This document shows, one piece after another, positions 17,566-26,109 of a stretch of DNA of 32,000 nucleotides (its first letter is position 1; each line of letters starts with the position of its first letter). The stretch is from NCBI RefSeq assembly GCF_008065095.1, contig NZ_CP042911.1:5040001-5072000 (forward strand), in the 5' to 3' direction. Under the pieces are notes generated by a model. That model did no database searches. It was not told the DNA's origin and was given only the letters and a program-made list of their open reading frames with translations. The translations under genes were made by a program, and so were the position numbers. Source of the DNA: Gemmata obscuriglobus (lineage in GTDB: Bacteria; Planctomycetota; Planctomycetia; Gemmatales; Gemmataceae).

Positions 17566-18447
17566 ATGCTGGAGTTGCGCCGCGCACCTGATGCCGTGAG
17601 CCGGGCGATGATCGACGTCCACATCCACGCGGTCCCCCCGAACCTGCCGGGCGTCGGGTCACTGTCCCCGCTCCTCCGCGAACCGCCCGAAGTGATCGCC
17701 GCGCAGCTCCGGCGCGAGATGCAGACGGCCGGTGTCACGGACGTGTTCGCAATGGGATCGTGGACCAACGACGACAGCGATCCGTTGGGCATCACCGGCA
17801 CACTCGCAATCGCCCCGTTCGTGCCCGGGCTCCGTCCCATCGGGGTAATGGACCCCACACGCGACTCGCCGGAGCACTTCCGCCAAGTCGAAACGCTCCT
17901 CGCGGCCGGTGCGGTGGTCGCGTTAAAGGGCTACCTTGGCTACCTGCACTTCGAACCGGGTCACCCGAACTATCGGCGGTACTACGAACTCGCGACCCGC
18001 TACCGCGTGCCCGTTATGTTTCACACCGGCGACACGTACTCGCCCGAGGCCAAGCTCCGCTACGCACACCCGCTCGGAGTTGACGACGTTGCGGTCGACC
18101 ACCCGGACTGTCGGTTCCTCATCTGCCACCTCGGCAACCCGTGGATGACCGACGCTGCGGAAGTGATCTACAAGAACGTTAACGTGTGGGCCGACCTGTC
18201 GGGGCTGATGATCGGCGACGACGGCTACCTCGCCTCGGAAGAGGGGCGCGAGGCGGCGCACGAACTGGCACAGAACATCCGCAAGGCCATCAAGTACTCC
18301 GAGCGCCCCAACCGGTTCGTCTACGGCACCGACTGGCCGCTCGCCCCCATGACCGCGTACCGCGAGTTTGTCAGGACGTGCGTCCCGGCTGACAACCACG
18401 AACAAATCTTCCTCGACAACGCCCGGCTCCTCTTCCGACTCAGATGA
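17566..18447 (+). CDS. amidohydrolase family protein (Amidohydro_2 TIM-barrel metal hydrolase)
   Basis: MIDVHIHAVPP is the HxH motif. VMFHTGD, ICHLGNPW and YGTDWPL follow. The true start may be the internal ATG at 17608. Confidence 0.8.
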   Translation: MLELRRAPDAVSRAMIDVHIHAVPPNLPGVGSLSPLLREPPEVIAAQLRREMQTAGVTDVFAMGSWTNDDSDPLGITGTLAIAPFVPGLRPIGVMDPTRDSPEHFRQVETLLAAGAVVALKGYLGYLHFEPGHPNYRRYYELATRYRVPVMFHTGDTYSPEAKLRYAHPLGVDDVAVDHPDCRFLICHLGNPWMTDAAEVIYKNVNVWADLSGLMIGDDGYLASEEGREAAHELAQNIRKAIKYSERPNRFVYGTDWPLAPMTAYREFVRTCVPADNHEQIFLDNARLLFRLR

Positions 18448-18659
18448 CCGCGGCACTCGTTTCGTGGCAGCCGGAAATGGGTCTCACGAATCCCGGGACC
18501 GGATTCTTGCGATGGCGCCACGCGCTCATTCCGCCGAACCCGTGACACTGTGCGTCACGATCACCCGGCCCGGGCAAGGCACAGGACCGCGTTGACGATA
18601 TCCGCCGTGGATACAGGATGCCCCGCCCCTCCGGGTTCGTCTACGCCAAGGACCGGAGC

Positions 18660-19481
18660 TTACTTCTTCAGGACCTTGATTTCGACCTTACGGAACTCGA
18701 CCGGGTGGCTCTCGGCTTGGAGTGCGATGTACCCCTCTTCGAGCAGCAGGTTTTTCTCGTCCTTGATGAGTTTCTTGGCGTCGTCGTCCTTCGGGTCGAG
18801 TTGCGGCTTCTGGTACTCCATCACCAGCTTTCCCTCTACGAAGTGCTTGACGACTCCCGAGCCGTTGACCTCGATCTCCGCGGAAACCCAAACGTCGCCG
18901 TCGTAGGTCTCGGATTTCGAGTTCAAACAGTGGGGCGTGTACAGCTTTCCGTTGGAGTCAACGATGTTCGTGCCCGGAGAGCACATGTTGTTGGTAGTGC
19001 GCTTGCCCTTTCCGAGCCCGCCGAGGAATTGGGCCTCGATCGAAACCGGGAACTCCTGATCTTTGCGCATCGTCTTGGGGTCTTGGCAGTGGAACATGAC
19101 GCCGCTGTTGCGCGTCGCCCAGCCCGGGCCGCCCTTACACTGTTCCCCAGTGAACCGATACTCGACCCGTAGCCGGTAGTGCGAAAACTTGTCTTTGTAG
19201 AAGAGGTGTCCGAATTTTCCGTCGAACTCCTTGTCCTTGTACTTGTCGTATCCGACCTTGATGACACCGTTTTCGACCCGGAACGTGTCCGCGTAGTTGT
19301 CTCCGAACTCGTACCCGGTGATCTTGGGGGTCCAGCCTTCCAGATTTTTCCCGTTGAAGAGCGGGAGCCACTCATCAGAGTCTGAGCAACTGGCCGCAGA
19401 CGAAAACGACACGGGTAGCACAGTTGCCAATGCGAGTGGGGCGAGAAGCAGCACCGCCCGTCCCCAGTTCCACACGCTCAT
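18660..19481 (-). CDS. DUF1080 (3-keto-disaccharide hydrolase-like) secreted protein
   Basis: Signal peptide MSVWNWGRAVLLLAPLALA. WLPLFNGKNLEGWTPK, FRVENGVIKV, NSGVMFH and GYIALQAESHPVEFRKVEIKVL are hallmark DUF1080 motifs. GGAGG lies 6 nt before the chosen ATG. Confidence 0.85.
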   Translation of the reverse strand: MSVWNWGRAVLLLAPLALATVLPVSFSSAASCSDSDEWLPLFNGKNLEGWTPKITGYEFGDNYADTFRVENGVIKVGYDKYKDKEFDGKFGHLFYKDKFSHYRLRVEYRFTGEQCKGGPGWATRNSGVMFHCQDPKTMRKDQEFPVSIEAQFLGGLGKGKRTTNNMCSPGTNIVDSNGKLYTPHCLNSKSETYDGDVWVSAEIEVNGSGVVKHFVEGKLVMEYQKPQLDPKDDDAKKLIKDEKNLLLEEGYIALQAESHPVEFRKVEIKVLKK

Positions 19482-19817
19482 AGCGTGCCTCCAAACAACC
19501 GGAAGTCGAATCCCGCCGTCAGTGTACGGCGCGGCCACCGCACGGCACGTCGGGTCCGGTTCCGAGTTTGTACCTCACGCAACCATGAAGAGACTGGCGG
19601 TTCCGTCCGTCAGGCTGTCAATCGCGAATTTTCGACCGCCTCGCGCCACCGTTTCTGGCCCCGCAAAGCGGTGCTGACGACCCACAGTTCCCGCGCGGCG
19701 ATGTGACTCGTCCGAACCGCCTTCCCGGCCTTCCTGTTTGTGGGAACCTCTCGGTAGACGACGAGGCTCCCCAAAGTTGCGGTTAAGGCGGTCCGAAAAT
19801 TGAGATCGGACGTGACA

Positions 19818-20183
19818 CTAGCGGTTCTGTTCGAACATGAAGAAGTCACGCGGGCTGCGCACGAATGGGTGGTTCGGGAACACGAGCGTACCTTGAGCCG
19901 GGCCAGACGCGTTTGGGTTGAACGATGGTCCGGTTTGGCCGTAACCCATTTGCGCGTGCGACGAGCCGCCGAGTCGGAACAATCGCTTGAGTCGCGGGTG
20001 CATGCCGTACGGGTCGGGCGCGACCCCGTTGGACGGATTCCCCATACCGAGCACTGTGTTCGGGCCGCCCAACTGCGGGGTCGGTGCGCCGCCCTGCGTC
20101 GCGCCTGTTCGCCCGCCCCAGTCCGCATTGGCCGAGCCCACGGCCAGCCCCAACGCCGTCACAGCCAGAAAGAAGCGATTCAT
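19818..20183 (-). CDS. small secreted Gly/Pro-rich hypothetical protein
   Basis: GGAG lies 8 nt upstream of the ATG. Signal peptide MNRFFLAVTALGLAVGSANA. Third codon positions are strongly G/C. The C-terminus is HPFVRSPRDFFMFEQNR. Confidence 0.55.
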   Translation of the reverse strand: MNRFFLAVTALGLAVGSANADWGGRTGATQGGAPTPQLGGPNTVLGMGNPSNGVAPDPYGMHPRLKRLFRLGGSSHAQMGYGQTGPSFNPNASGPAQGTLVFPNHPFVRSPRDFFMFEQNR

Positions 20184-20746
20184 GCGCAGGTCTCCGTGGT
20201 TCCGGTCCGAGTGCGGACCGATCGACACAGTCCCATATCGGCGCGCGAGCGGGCACGAGGTAAGTTAACTTGCGTAATCGCCCCGCTCGATTTGTGCGTG
20301 CGCGGCCGTCCCCCGTATCAACTTGGCGCGTATGGCTTTGTCGGGCAGGCGGGCCTTCTTTCGACCAGAGGTACCTTTGGCTCTTAAGGCCGTCGGGGTG
20401 GTATTTCCCCGCTCTCGCCCGTCAGCCGAGCGTTGCAATCGACCAATGGGGCAAACGTGACCCAGCAATTGATCCAAACCGTCGCACCTCAACAATCCCA
20501 TAACTGATGAAACAGCATCAATTCAAAACCATCAATTTTCAAAATAATAAACCATACAAAAAAACAACGAACCAACACCTCTTACATAATCGCCCACGCT
20601 CTCAACGGCACTGGCGCCCCACCTCAGCGCGATAATCCTTCGGCGTTGAGAGACTACCACCGAGGGGCGGTATCCTTCAAACGAGGCCAAATGCCCAATA
20701 GGGGCACATTGTCCGATCACTGACCACTTTATCAAGGTGCGCTCGC

Positions 20747-21295
20747 ATGCGCCCCAATGCTGATGCTACGCCAGTGGACCCGCGAACGCGGATCGGTCAC
20801 GTGCACCTCAAGGTTGCCGACCTGGAACGCGCGCTGCGGTTCTATTGCGGCGTTCTCGGTTTCGAGATCACTCAGCGATACGGGACGCAAGCCGCGTTCG
20901 TGTCGGCGGGCGGGTATCACCACCACATCGGGCTGAACACGTGGGAGAGCCGGGGCGGATCGCCCCCGCCGCCGGGAACGACGGGGCTGTTCCACGTCGC
21001 CATTCTCTACCCGACGCGGGCGGCGCTGGCCGACGCCCTGCGCCGCGTGATCGCCGCCGGCGTCTCGCTGGACGGTGCGAGCGATCACGGGGTCAGTGAA
21101 GCCCTCTACTTGCGCGATCCGGACGATAACGGCGTGGAACTGTACTGGGACCGGCAACCGGAAGTTTGGCCGCGAACGGCCAGCGGTGAGCTGGCAATGG
21201 TCACCCGACGCCTCGATCTGAACGGCCTGCTGGCCGAAGCCCCGCCCAGGCAGGACCGCACGGTGACCGAGAGAAATCCCGCTCCCGTTGCGTAA
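20747..21295 (+). CDS. VOC family protein (glyoxalase / extradiol dioxygenase-like)
   Basis: 182 aa. RIGHVHLKVADLERALRFYCGVLGF, YHHHIGLNTW, LFHVAILYP and LYLRDPDDNGVELY are typical VOC/CatE-like motifs. Confidence 0.85.
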   Translation: MRPNADATPVDPRTRIGHVHLKVADLERALRFYCGVLGFEITQRYGTQAAFVSAGGYHHHIGLNTWESRGGSPPPPGTTGLFHVAILYPTRAALADALRRVIAAGVSLDGASDHGVSEALYLRDPDDNGVELYWDRQPEVWPRTASGELAMVTRRLDLNGLLAEAPPRQDRTVTERNPAPVA

Positions 21296-21406
21296 CACCA
21301 GCGGGCGCCGAACATACTGGAGCCGAGGTCTCGACTAATGAGACGCCGCCGGGCGCACCCGACAGCAGATACGACCCGCGGAGCCGTCACAGCCGGCCGC
21401 CGGGCC

Positions 21407-22339
21407 TTACCCCGCTAGGACGCGCAGCTCACGAGGTAGCGGGAAGCTCACATCCTCCTCGCGGACCACACGGGTTTCCACCGTGGCGCCAAACTTCGTG
21501 CGCAGGTGTTCAATGCAGTCTTGAACGTGCTCCTCTGGCGCGCTCGCGCCGGCCGTCACCAGGACCGTGTCGGTCGGCGCGAACCACTCGTCCTTCAGTT
21601 CGCTGACGCGGTCGATGAGGTACGCGGGGCGGCCGTTCGTTCGGGCCAGTTCCGCGAGGCGCTGGCTGTTCGAACTGTTCTGACTACCCAGAACCAGAAC
21701 CTTATCCACTTCGCCCACGAGTTGCTTCACGGCGTCCTGGCGGTTCTGTGTGGCGTAACAGATGTCGTCCTTGTTCGGCCCGACGATTTGCGGGTACTTA
21801 CGTTTGAGAGCGTCGATGACGTTCTTCGCCTCGTCCACGCTGAGGGTCGTCTGGGTCAGGAACGCGAGCTTGGCGTCGGCTGGGAGCGTAAGCTTCTCCA
21901 CGCCGGCCGCGTCCTCGACGAGCACCATGTTCGCGGGCGCCTCGCCCATCGTGCCGATCACCTCGTCGTGCCCCTCGTGCCCGACGAGGATGATGGTGTA
22001 CCCCTCCTTCGCGAACTTGATCGCCTCCTTATGAACCTTGGTGACGAGCGGGCAGGTCGCGTCGATCGCGCGCAGGTTGCGCTGCTGCGAGTGCTGCCGA
22101 ATCACCGGGGACACGCCGTGCGCGCTGTACAGCACCGTTCCGCCGTTCGGCACCTCGGAGATGTCGTTGACGAACACCACCCCGAGCTTCTGGAACCGCT
22201 CAACGATGGGCCGGTTGTGAACGATCTCGTGGTACACGTAGAGCGGACTGCCGTAGTGCGTGAGTGCCGTTTCCAGTGCCGAAATGGCCATGTTCACGCC
22301 CGCACAGAACCCACGCGGGTTGGCCAGGATGATCTGCAT
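21407..22339 (-). CDS. ispH: 4-hydroxy-3-methylbut-2-enyl diphosphate reductase
   Basis: 310 aa. MQIILANPRGFCAGVNMAI, YVYHEIVHN, DATCPLVTKVH, ILVGHEGH and VLGSQNSSNS are present. AGGAGG lies 6 nt upstream. Confidence 0.95.
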   Translation of the reverse strand: MQIILANPRGFCAGVNMAISALETALTHYGSPLYVYHEIVHNRPIVERFQKLGVVFVNDISEVPNGGTVLYSAHGVSPVIRQHSQQRNLRAIDATCPLVTKVHKEAIKFAKEGYTIILVGHEGHDEVIGTMGEAPANMVLVEDAAGVEKLTLPADAKLAFLTQTTLSVDEAKNVIDALKRKYPQIVGPNKDDICYATQNRQDAVKQLVGEVDKVLVLGSQNSSNSQRLAELARTNGRPAYLIDRVSELKDEWFAPTDTVLVTAGASAPEEHVQDCIEHLRTKFGATVETRVVREEDVSFPLPRELRVLAG

Positions 22340-22403
22340 GCCGTCCCTCCTGTGACACCCGTTATGCTACGTGAACCGCCCCCCGCGGCGAACTCACAAC
22401 CCC

Positions 22404-22436
22404 GAAACGCAAAACGCCACCCAGAATGGGTGGCGT
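22404..22436 (-). terminator. Rho-independent terminator
   Basis: On the minus strand, ACGCCACCCA-ttc-TGGGTGGCGT is a perfect 10-bp stem followed by TTTGCGTTTC. It lies 22 nt downstream of the stop at 22459. Confidence 0.8.
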
Positions 22437-22458
22437 CGCGCGCGGCTCGAACGCGAAC

Positions 22459-22800
22459 TTACTTCTTGATCTCGACCTTCGGCTCTTCGATGGTCAACTT
22501 CTTATCCTTCTCGACCACCTTGCCGGTCACGGTGGCGTCCACCGGGGCGGTGCAGCACTTGCCGTGGTAGCTTTCCTTGGCGCCCTTGTCGCTCAGGTAG
22601 TATTTGACTTCCTTCTCGCCTTCCTTGACCACGAGTGCGTGGCCGCAAGTCTTGGTCTCGCTCAGCGAGCACTTGGTGCAGGTGAGCTTGCCTTCGAGCT
22701 TCTTGGTTTCCGGCTTCTTGTCGTCTGCGGTCAGGTTACCGCTACCGGCCAGAGTGACGACGGCGAAGCCGAGGGCGAGCGCTAAAGCGGCGCGCAGCAT
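22459..22800 (-). CDS. small secreted Lys-rich protein with 6 Cys
   Basis: 113 aa. Signal peptide MLRAALALALGFAVVTLAG. The Cys pattern is CTKC...C(GH)...HGKCC. It has its own terminator. Confidence 0.65.
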   Translation of the reverse strand: MLRAALALALGFAVVTLAGSGNLTADDKKPETKKLEGKLTCTKCSLSETKTCGHALVVKEGEKEVKYYLSDKGAKESYHGKCCTAPVDATVTGKVVEKDKKLTIEEPKVEIKK

Positions 22801-22952
22801 GAGAGGAACCCTTTATTCGGAGTGTTCCGGCGGCCCCGGCACCTGACACGGGCGCCACAAGCCCACCGGCCGGAACAAATATACCTATCGGTCCGCTCGG
22901 GTGCAAGAAGCGACTGAAACTACCGAAACGACCGACCGGCGAGAGGCGCAAG

Positions 22953-23193
22953 TTACCCAAGCCACTCGCGTTCGTGCTCTGTTAGCAGTCGCGATTCGCG
23001 ATATTTGAGGGGGCGCGCTCGTTTTTGGGCGCGACTCGTCTTCCAGTGTGATTTGCACCTGCATAAACTCGCCGAGCGGGTCGCCGCGGTTGGCGAGCCA
23101 GTTGGCTTCAGCGCGCCAGCCCGTGAGGTCGTCGGGATTTTCACGTCGTGCCGATTCGAAGGCCTGGGCATCACCGGAAGAAGTCGTAGACAT
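22953..23193 (-). pseudogene. TIGR02996-like (Gemmata 'repeat-companion') domain gene remnant, frameshifted and truncated
   Basis: Frame A reads ...NPDDLTGWRAEANWLANRGDPLGEFMQVQITLEDESRPK. The family-typical continuation ...RESRLLTEHEREWLG* lies in a second frame after an A5/C5 homopolymer region near 23010-23030. It stops without the usual C-terminal repeat region. Confidence 0.5.
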
Positions 23194-23599
23194 AGACGCT
23201 TCCCTGAAGGGTTCGTGAGAGCCGCGGCCGGGGTGTTAGGACGCCCGGTGCGGCCGGTATCGATTGGCGGAACCTTGCGTGGCGGGTGAAATTTGTTTCC
23301 CCCGCGAACGTATCACCTAGCGCGCCTCGATTGCGTTACTAACGTGCGCAGGGTCGGCTGCGTTGTAACTTGGGTGTCCGTCACCCGCCCGGTTGCCGTG
23401 AGGGTCGCGAGCGCGACTCGTTCGGTGTCTAAGTCGCCCGTCGACGAGAATGGCGCTACCGACCTGTTATTACGAACCGAGCCGTTTTATCACCGATCCT
23501 TCAGGGATCGTTAAGCTGCGACTCATTGGTCGTCGGGTAGTGTAAGTGCAAGTGCGGGTTTTCATCGTCGAACGGATTCGTGGTTAGGGAGTTATCTTC

Positions 23600-23836
23600 A
23601 TGTTAGCGCTACTTGTGGTCCTGTGCCCGCCGTTCGCGGTGCTGTTGACCGATTCCCCGTCCCAGGCGTTCAAGAACATTGGGCTGACACTGCTGTTTTA
23701 TGTTCCCGGTGTTCTGCACGCACGCTCGGTTGTAGAGACCTACCGCACTCACCGGCAGTACGATTCTCTTATGCGGGTACTCGAGAGCCGCGCCACGCTG
23801 CGCGCGTCCCGGCAGCCGGCTCTGACGGCCCGCTGA
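23600..23836 (+). CDS. YqaE/Pmp3 family small membrane proteolipid with C-terminal extension
   Basis: 78 aa. LCPPFAVLL...FKNIGLTLLFYVPGVLHA matches the UPF0057/Pmp3 two-helix signature. AGGGAG lies 8 nt upstream of the ATG. Confidence 0.75.
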   Translation: MLALLVVLCPPFAVLLTDSPSQAFKNIGLTLLFYVPGVLHARSVVETYRTHRQYDSLMRVLESRATLRASRQPALTAR

Positions 23837-23977
23837 TCGCTTCCCTCGAATGTGTCGGTCGCCACGATGGTTGAGACCGGTGAGCGAGTTGGGGCGGTTG
23901 CAGAATGACGGCGATGCGGCAGCGCGTGAGTGCTGCCGAATCCCTAGCACACAGCAACGTGAAGTGACTGTCGTACA

Positions 23978-24028
23978 AAGCGCGGCGGGGCGCCGGTCGG
24001 AATGTCCGACCGGCGCCCCGCCGCGCTT
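23978..24028. terminator. perfect 24-bp GC-rich hairpin between convergent genes (bidirectional terminator-like, no U-tract)
   Basis: AAGCGCGGCGGGGCGCCGGTCGGA-atg-TCCGACCGGCGCCCCGCCGCGCTT. It ends 7 nt from the DUF1559 stop at 24035. Confidence 0.7.
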
Positions 24029-24034
24029 GTGCGA

Positions 24035-24886
24035 TCAATCGAGCTGCACCGGTTGGCCGTCGTTGATCTGAATCAGGCGCGGGAACAAGGTCGGGTCCGC
24101 GTTCTTGCGGACGAGGTGCGTGGACCCGTCGGCCAGGCCAACGATCGTGCCACTTTCGAACACGCCACCGAGCTTGGGGACACTGTTGGGGCTGAACACC
24201 ATCTCATCGGGCTTGGTCCAGATGACCGGGTCCCACGCGTCGGCGATCAGAGCGGTGTTCGAAGTTCCGTCGGTGATGTTGAGGAGTTTCACGCCGAAAA
24301 GCTGTTGCCCGGGGCGCACCGGTTGCTGGAGCGGCGGGAGCCAGGTGTTCGGCCCGGTGAACCCACGTGTGAACGTGTACCCGTAAGTGGGCTCGTTCGG
24401 CGGGGCGAACTGTTTGGGCATCTTGTCGAGCAACTTGATGTTGTTCGGGCTGTCCCACGCCTCGTCCAACTTGAACTGCCGGAACAACGGATCCTGTTCA
24501 AGGAACGGCAGAATCGCAACCCGCCAACTGAGTCCGGGCTTTCCCGTCTTGTCCGCGTACCCGGCCGGCAGTGCGCCGTGAGTGGCTTCGAAGTTCTGGA
24601 TCGCCATCACCACGTCTTTCATGTTCTTCTCGGCCGTTGCCCGAACTGCGGCCGCCCGCGGGTTCTGGGTGCGGAAGATCGGAGCGCGCGGCGGCTGTGG
24701 CAAACTGAGGCCGCCCACGTTCGGCACCTCCCCGGTCGGACCCGGAGGAGGCACGGGGTCCGAAGGAGACGGAGTGTCGGCGACCGTCGGCGGGCTCTTT
24801 TTCTTTTTGCAGGCGGGCAGCGCGAGCAACCCGACCGACAGCGCCGCGGCGACAATTGTCGCCGAGCGGGTGTGGTGAAGACGCAC
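24035..24886 (-). CDS. DUF1559 domain lipoprotein (lacks the usual prepilin-type N-terminus)
   Basis: SWRVAILPFLEQDPLF, ITDGTSNTALIAD and GLADGSTHLV are DUF1559 hallmarks. The start is chosen at the GTG with AGGAG 6 nt upstream. This gives (M)RLHHTRSATIVAAALSVGLLALPAC, a lipobox-like signal, followed by a Pro-rich linker. The ORF-track start is 24952. Confidence 0.8.
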   Translation of the reverse strand: MRLHHTRSATIVAAALSVGLLALPACKKKKSPPTVADTPSPSDPVPPPGPTGEVPNVGGLSLPQPPRAPIFRTQNPRAAAVRATAEKNMKDVVMAIQNFEATHGALPAGYADKTGKPGLSWRVAILPFLEQDPLFRQFKLDEAWDSPNNIKLLDKMPKQFAPPNEPTYGYTFTRGFTGPNTWLPPLQQPVRPGQQLFGVKLLNITDGTSNTALIADAWDPVIWTKPDEMVFSPNSVPKLGGVFESGTIVGLADGSTHLVRKNADPTLFPRLIQINDGQPVQLD

Positions 24887-24988
24887 GAGACGCTCCTGTT
24901 CGGAGGAATTGGCACCGAACAGCGTACAAAACGTCTCGCACCACACCAACACGTAAGTTGGCGAGGTGCGAGAGAGGTGCGCAGCCGG

Positions 24989-25954
24989 TCAGAGCGGGAC
25001 GCCGATGACGGTGTCCAGGGCCTGACGCAGTTCCGAGTAGTTCTGCGGGCGGTCATCGCGGTTCTTGGTCAGCATCCACAGGCACAGGTCCGACACCAGC
25101 GGCGGGATGCCTTCGACGCGTTCGGCCGGCGGCACCGGTGGGGTGTTGAGGTGTTGGAAAATCACCTGTACGCGGTTGCGGCCCTCGAACGGCAACCGGC
25201 CGGTGAGCGCCTCGTAAAGTGTGACGCCGAGCGAATAAATGTCGGCCCGGTGATCGACGGTGCTCGCGTCCTTGGCCTGCTCGGGGGCAAGATAGGCGGC
25301 GGTTCCGGCCATCTCGGGACCGGCCCGCTCGCGCGCGGCGAGCACGTCCGCTTTCGCGAGGCCGAAGTCAATCAGCTTCGCGCTGCCGTTCGGCCCCACG
25401 AGTATGTTGTCCGGCTTGATGTCGCGGTGGACCACCCCGGCCTGCCAAACGGCCCCCAGCGCGTCGGCCATTTGTCCGATCAAGAACAAACACCACTCGG
25501 GCGGGAGCGCACCGCCGGCGCGGAGCAATTCGCCGAGCGGACGGCCCTCGAAGAACTCAGTGACCAAGTAAGGCCACCGGGGGTCGAACCCGAAGTCAAT
25601 GAACCGCACAACCTTGGTATGTTTGACCCGCGCGAGCGTCGCAGCTTCCATGCGGAGCTGTTTCATCGCCGCCGCACGATCGTAAACGTTCGCCCAGTTC
25701 AGGATTTTCAGCGCGACGGGACACGAACGGTACTGGTCCCAGCCGCGAAACACGTGGCACGAAACGCCTTCGCCGAGTTTCTCCTGAAGAACGAACGGCC
25801 CGACGATGGTGCCCACTTCGGGCGGCGGCGCACTTCCCTCTCCCGGCACCTCACGGTGCGGGAACGGGTGCGCCCGTGTGTCCGTCGCGGCTGTGGCCGC
25901 GGTTTCGGTCACAGTGGTCGGCGGCAGCGGTTCAGTCGTTTTCGGAGGCTGCAT
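24989..25954 (-). CDS. serine/threonine protein kinase (Hanks type), no sensor or TM domain
   Basis: 321 aa. VALKIL carries the catalytic Lys. HRDIKPDNILV, DFGLAK and GTAAYLAPEQ are present. The N-terminal ~50 aa are Pro/Thr-rich. Confidence 0.9.
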   Translation of the reverse strand: MQPPKTTEPLPPTTVTETAATAATDTRAHPFPHREVPGEGSAPPPEVGTIVGPFVLQEKLGEGVSCHVFRGWDQYRSCPVALKILNWANVYDRAAAMKQLRMEAATLARVKHTKVVRFIDFGFDPRWPYLVTEFFEGRPLGELLRAGGALPPEWCLFLIGQMADALGAVWQAGVVHRDIKPDNILVGPNGSAKLIDFGLAKADVLAARERAGPEMAGTAAYLAPEQAKDASTVDHRADIYSLGVTLYEALTGRLPFEGRNRVQVIFQHLNTPPVPPAERVEGIPPLVSDLCLWMLTKNRDDRPQNYSELRQALDTVIGVPL

Positions 25955-26109
25955 TTCGCGGGCGCTTGGGCGTTCGTGTTGGCCGAGTGGCTACCGGGCC
26001 ATGGTCATCGTGTACCAGTCGCGGGACGCAGCGCCACAGAGCGGCACTGCGGAAGAAGCTGACGGACACACGGGAAGCCGATTGCATATAGTCCCACACG
26101 CATTGAAGT

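Noticed and set aside
20265-20501. 78-aa minus-strand ORF (and its plus-strand mirror at 20270-20503) in the low-GC island
   Set aside because: Third-position G/C is only about 60%. There is no RBS, signal or motif that I recognise. It is kept only as part of the low-GC island finding.
21506-22570. 354-aa plus-strand ORF
   Set aside because: It is antisense to ispH.
24002-26062. 686-aa plus-strand ORF, the longest in the track
   Set aside because: It is antisense to the DUF1559 and kinase genes, both of which have unambiguous motifs. Its ATG lies in the loop of the 23978-24028 hairpin. The translation is Arg-rich.
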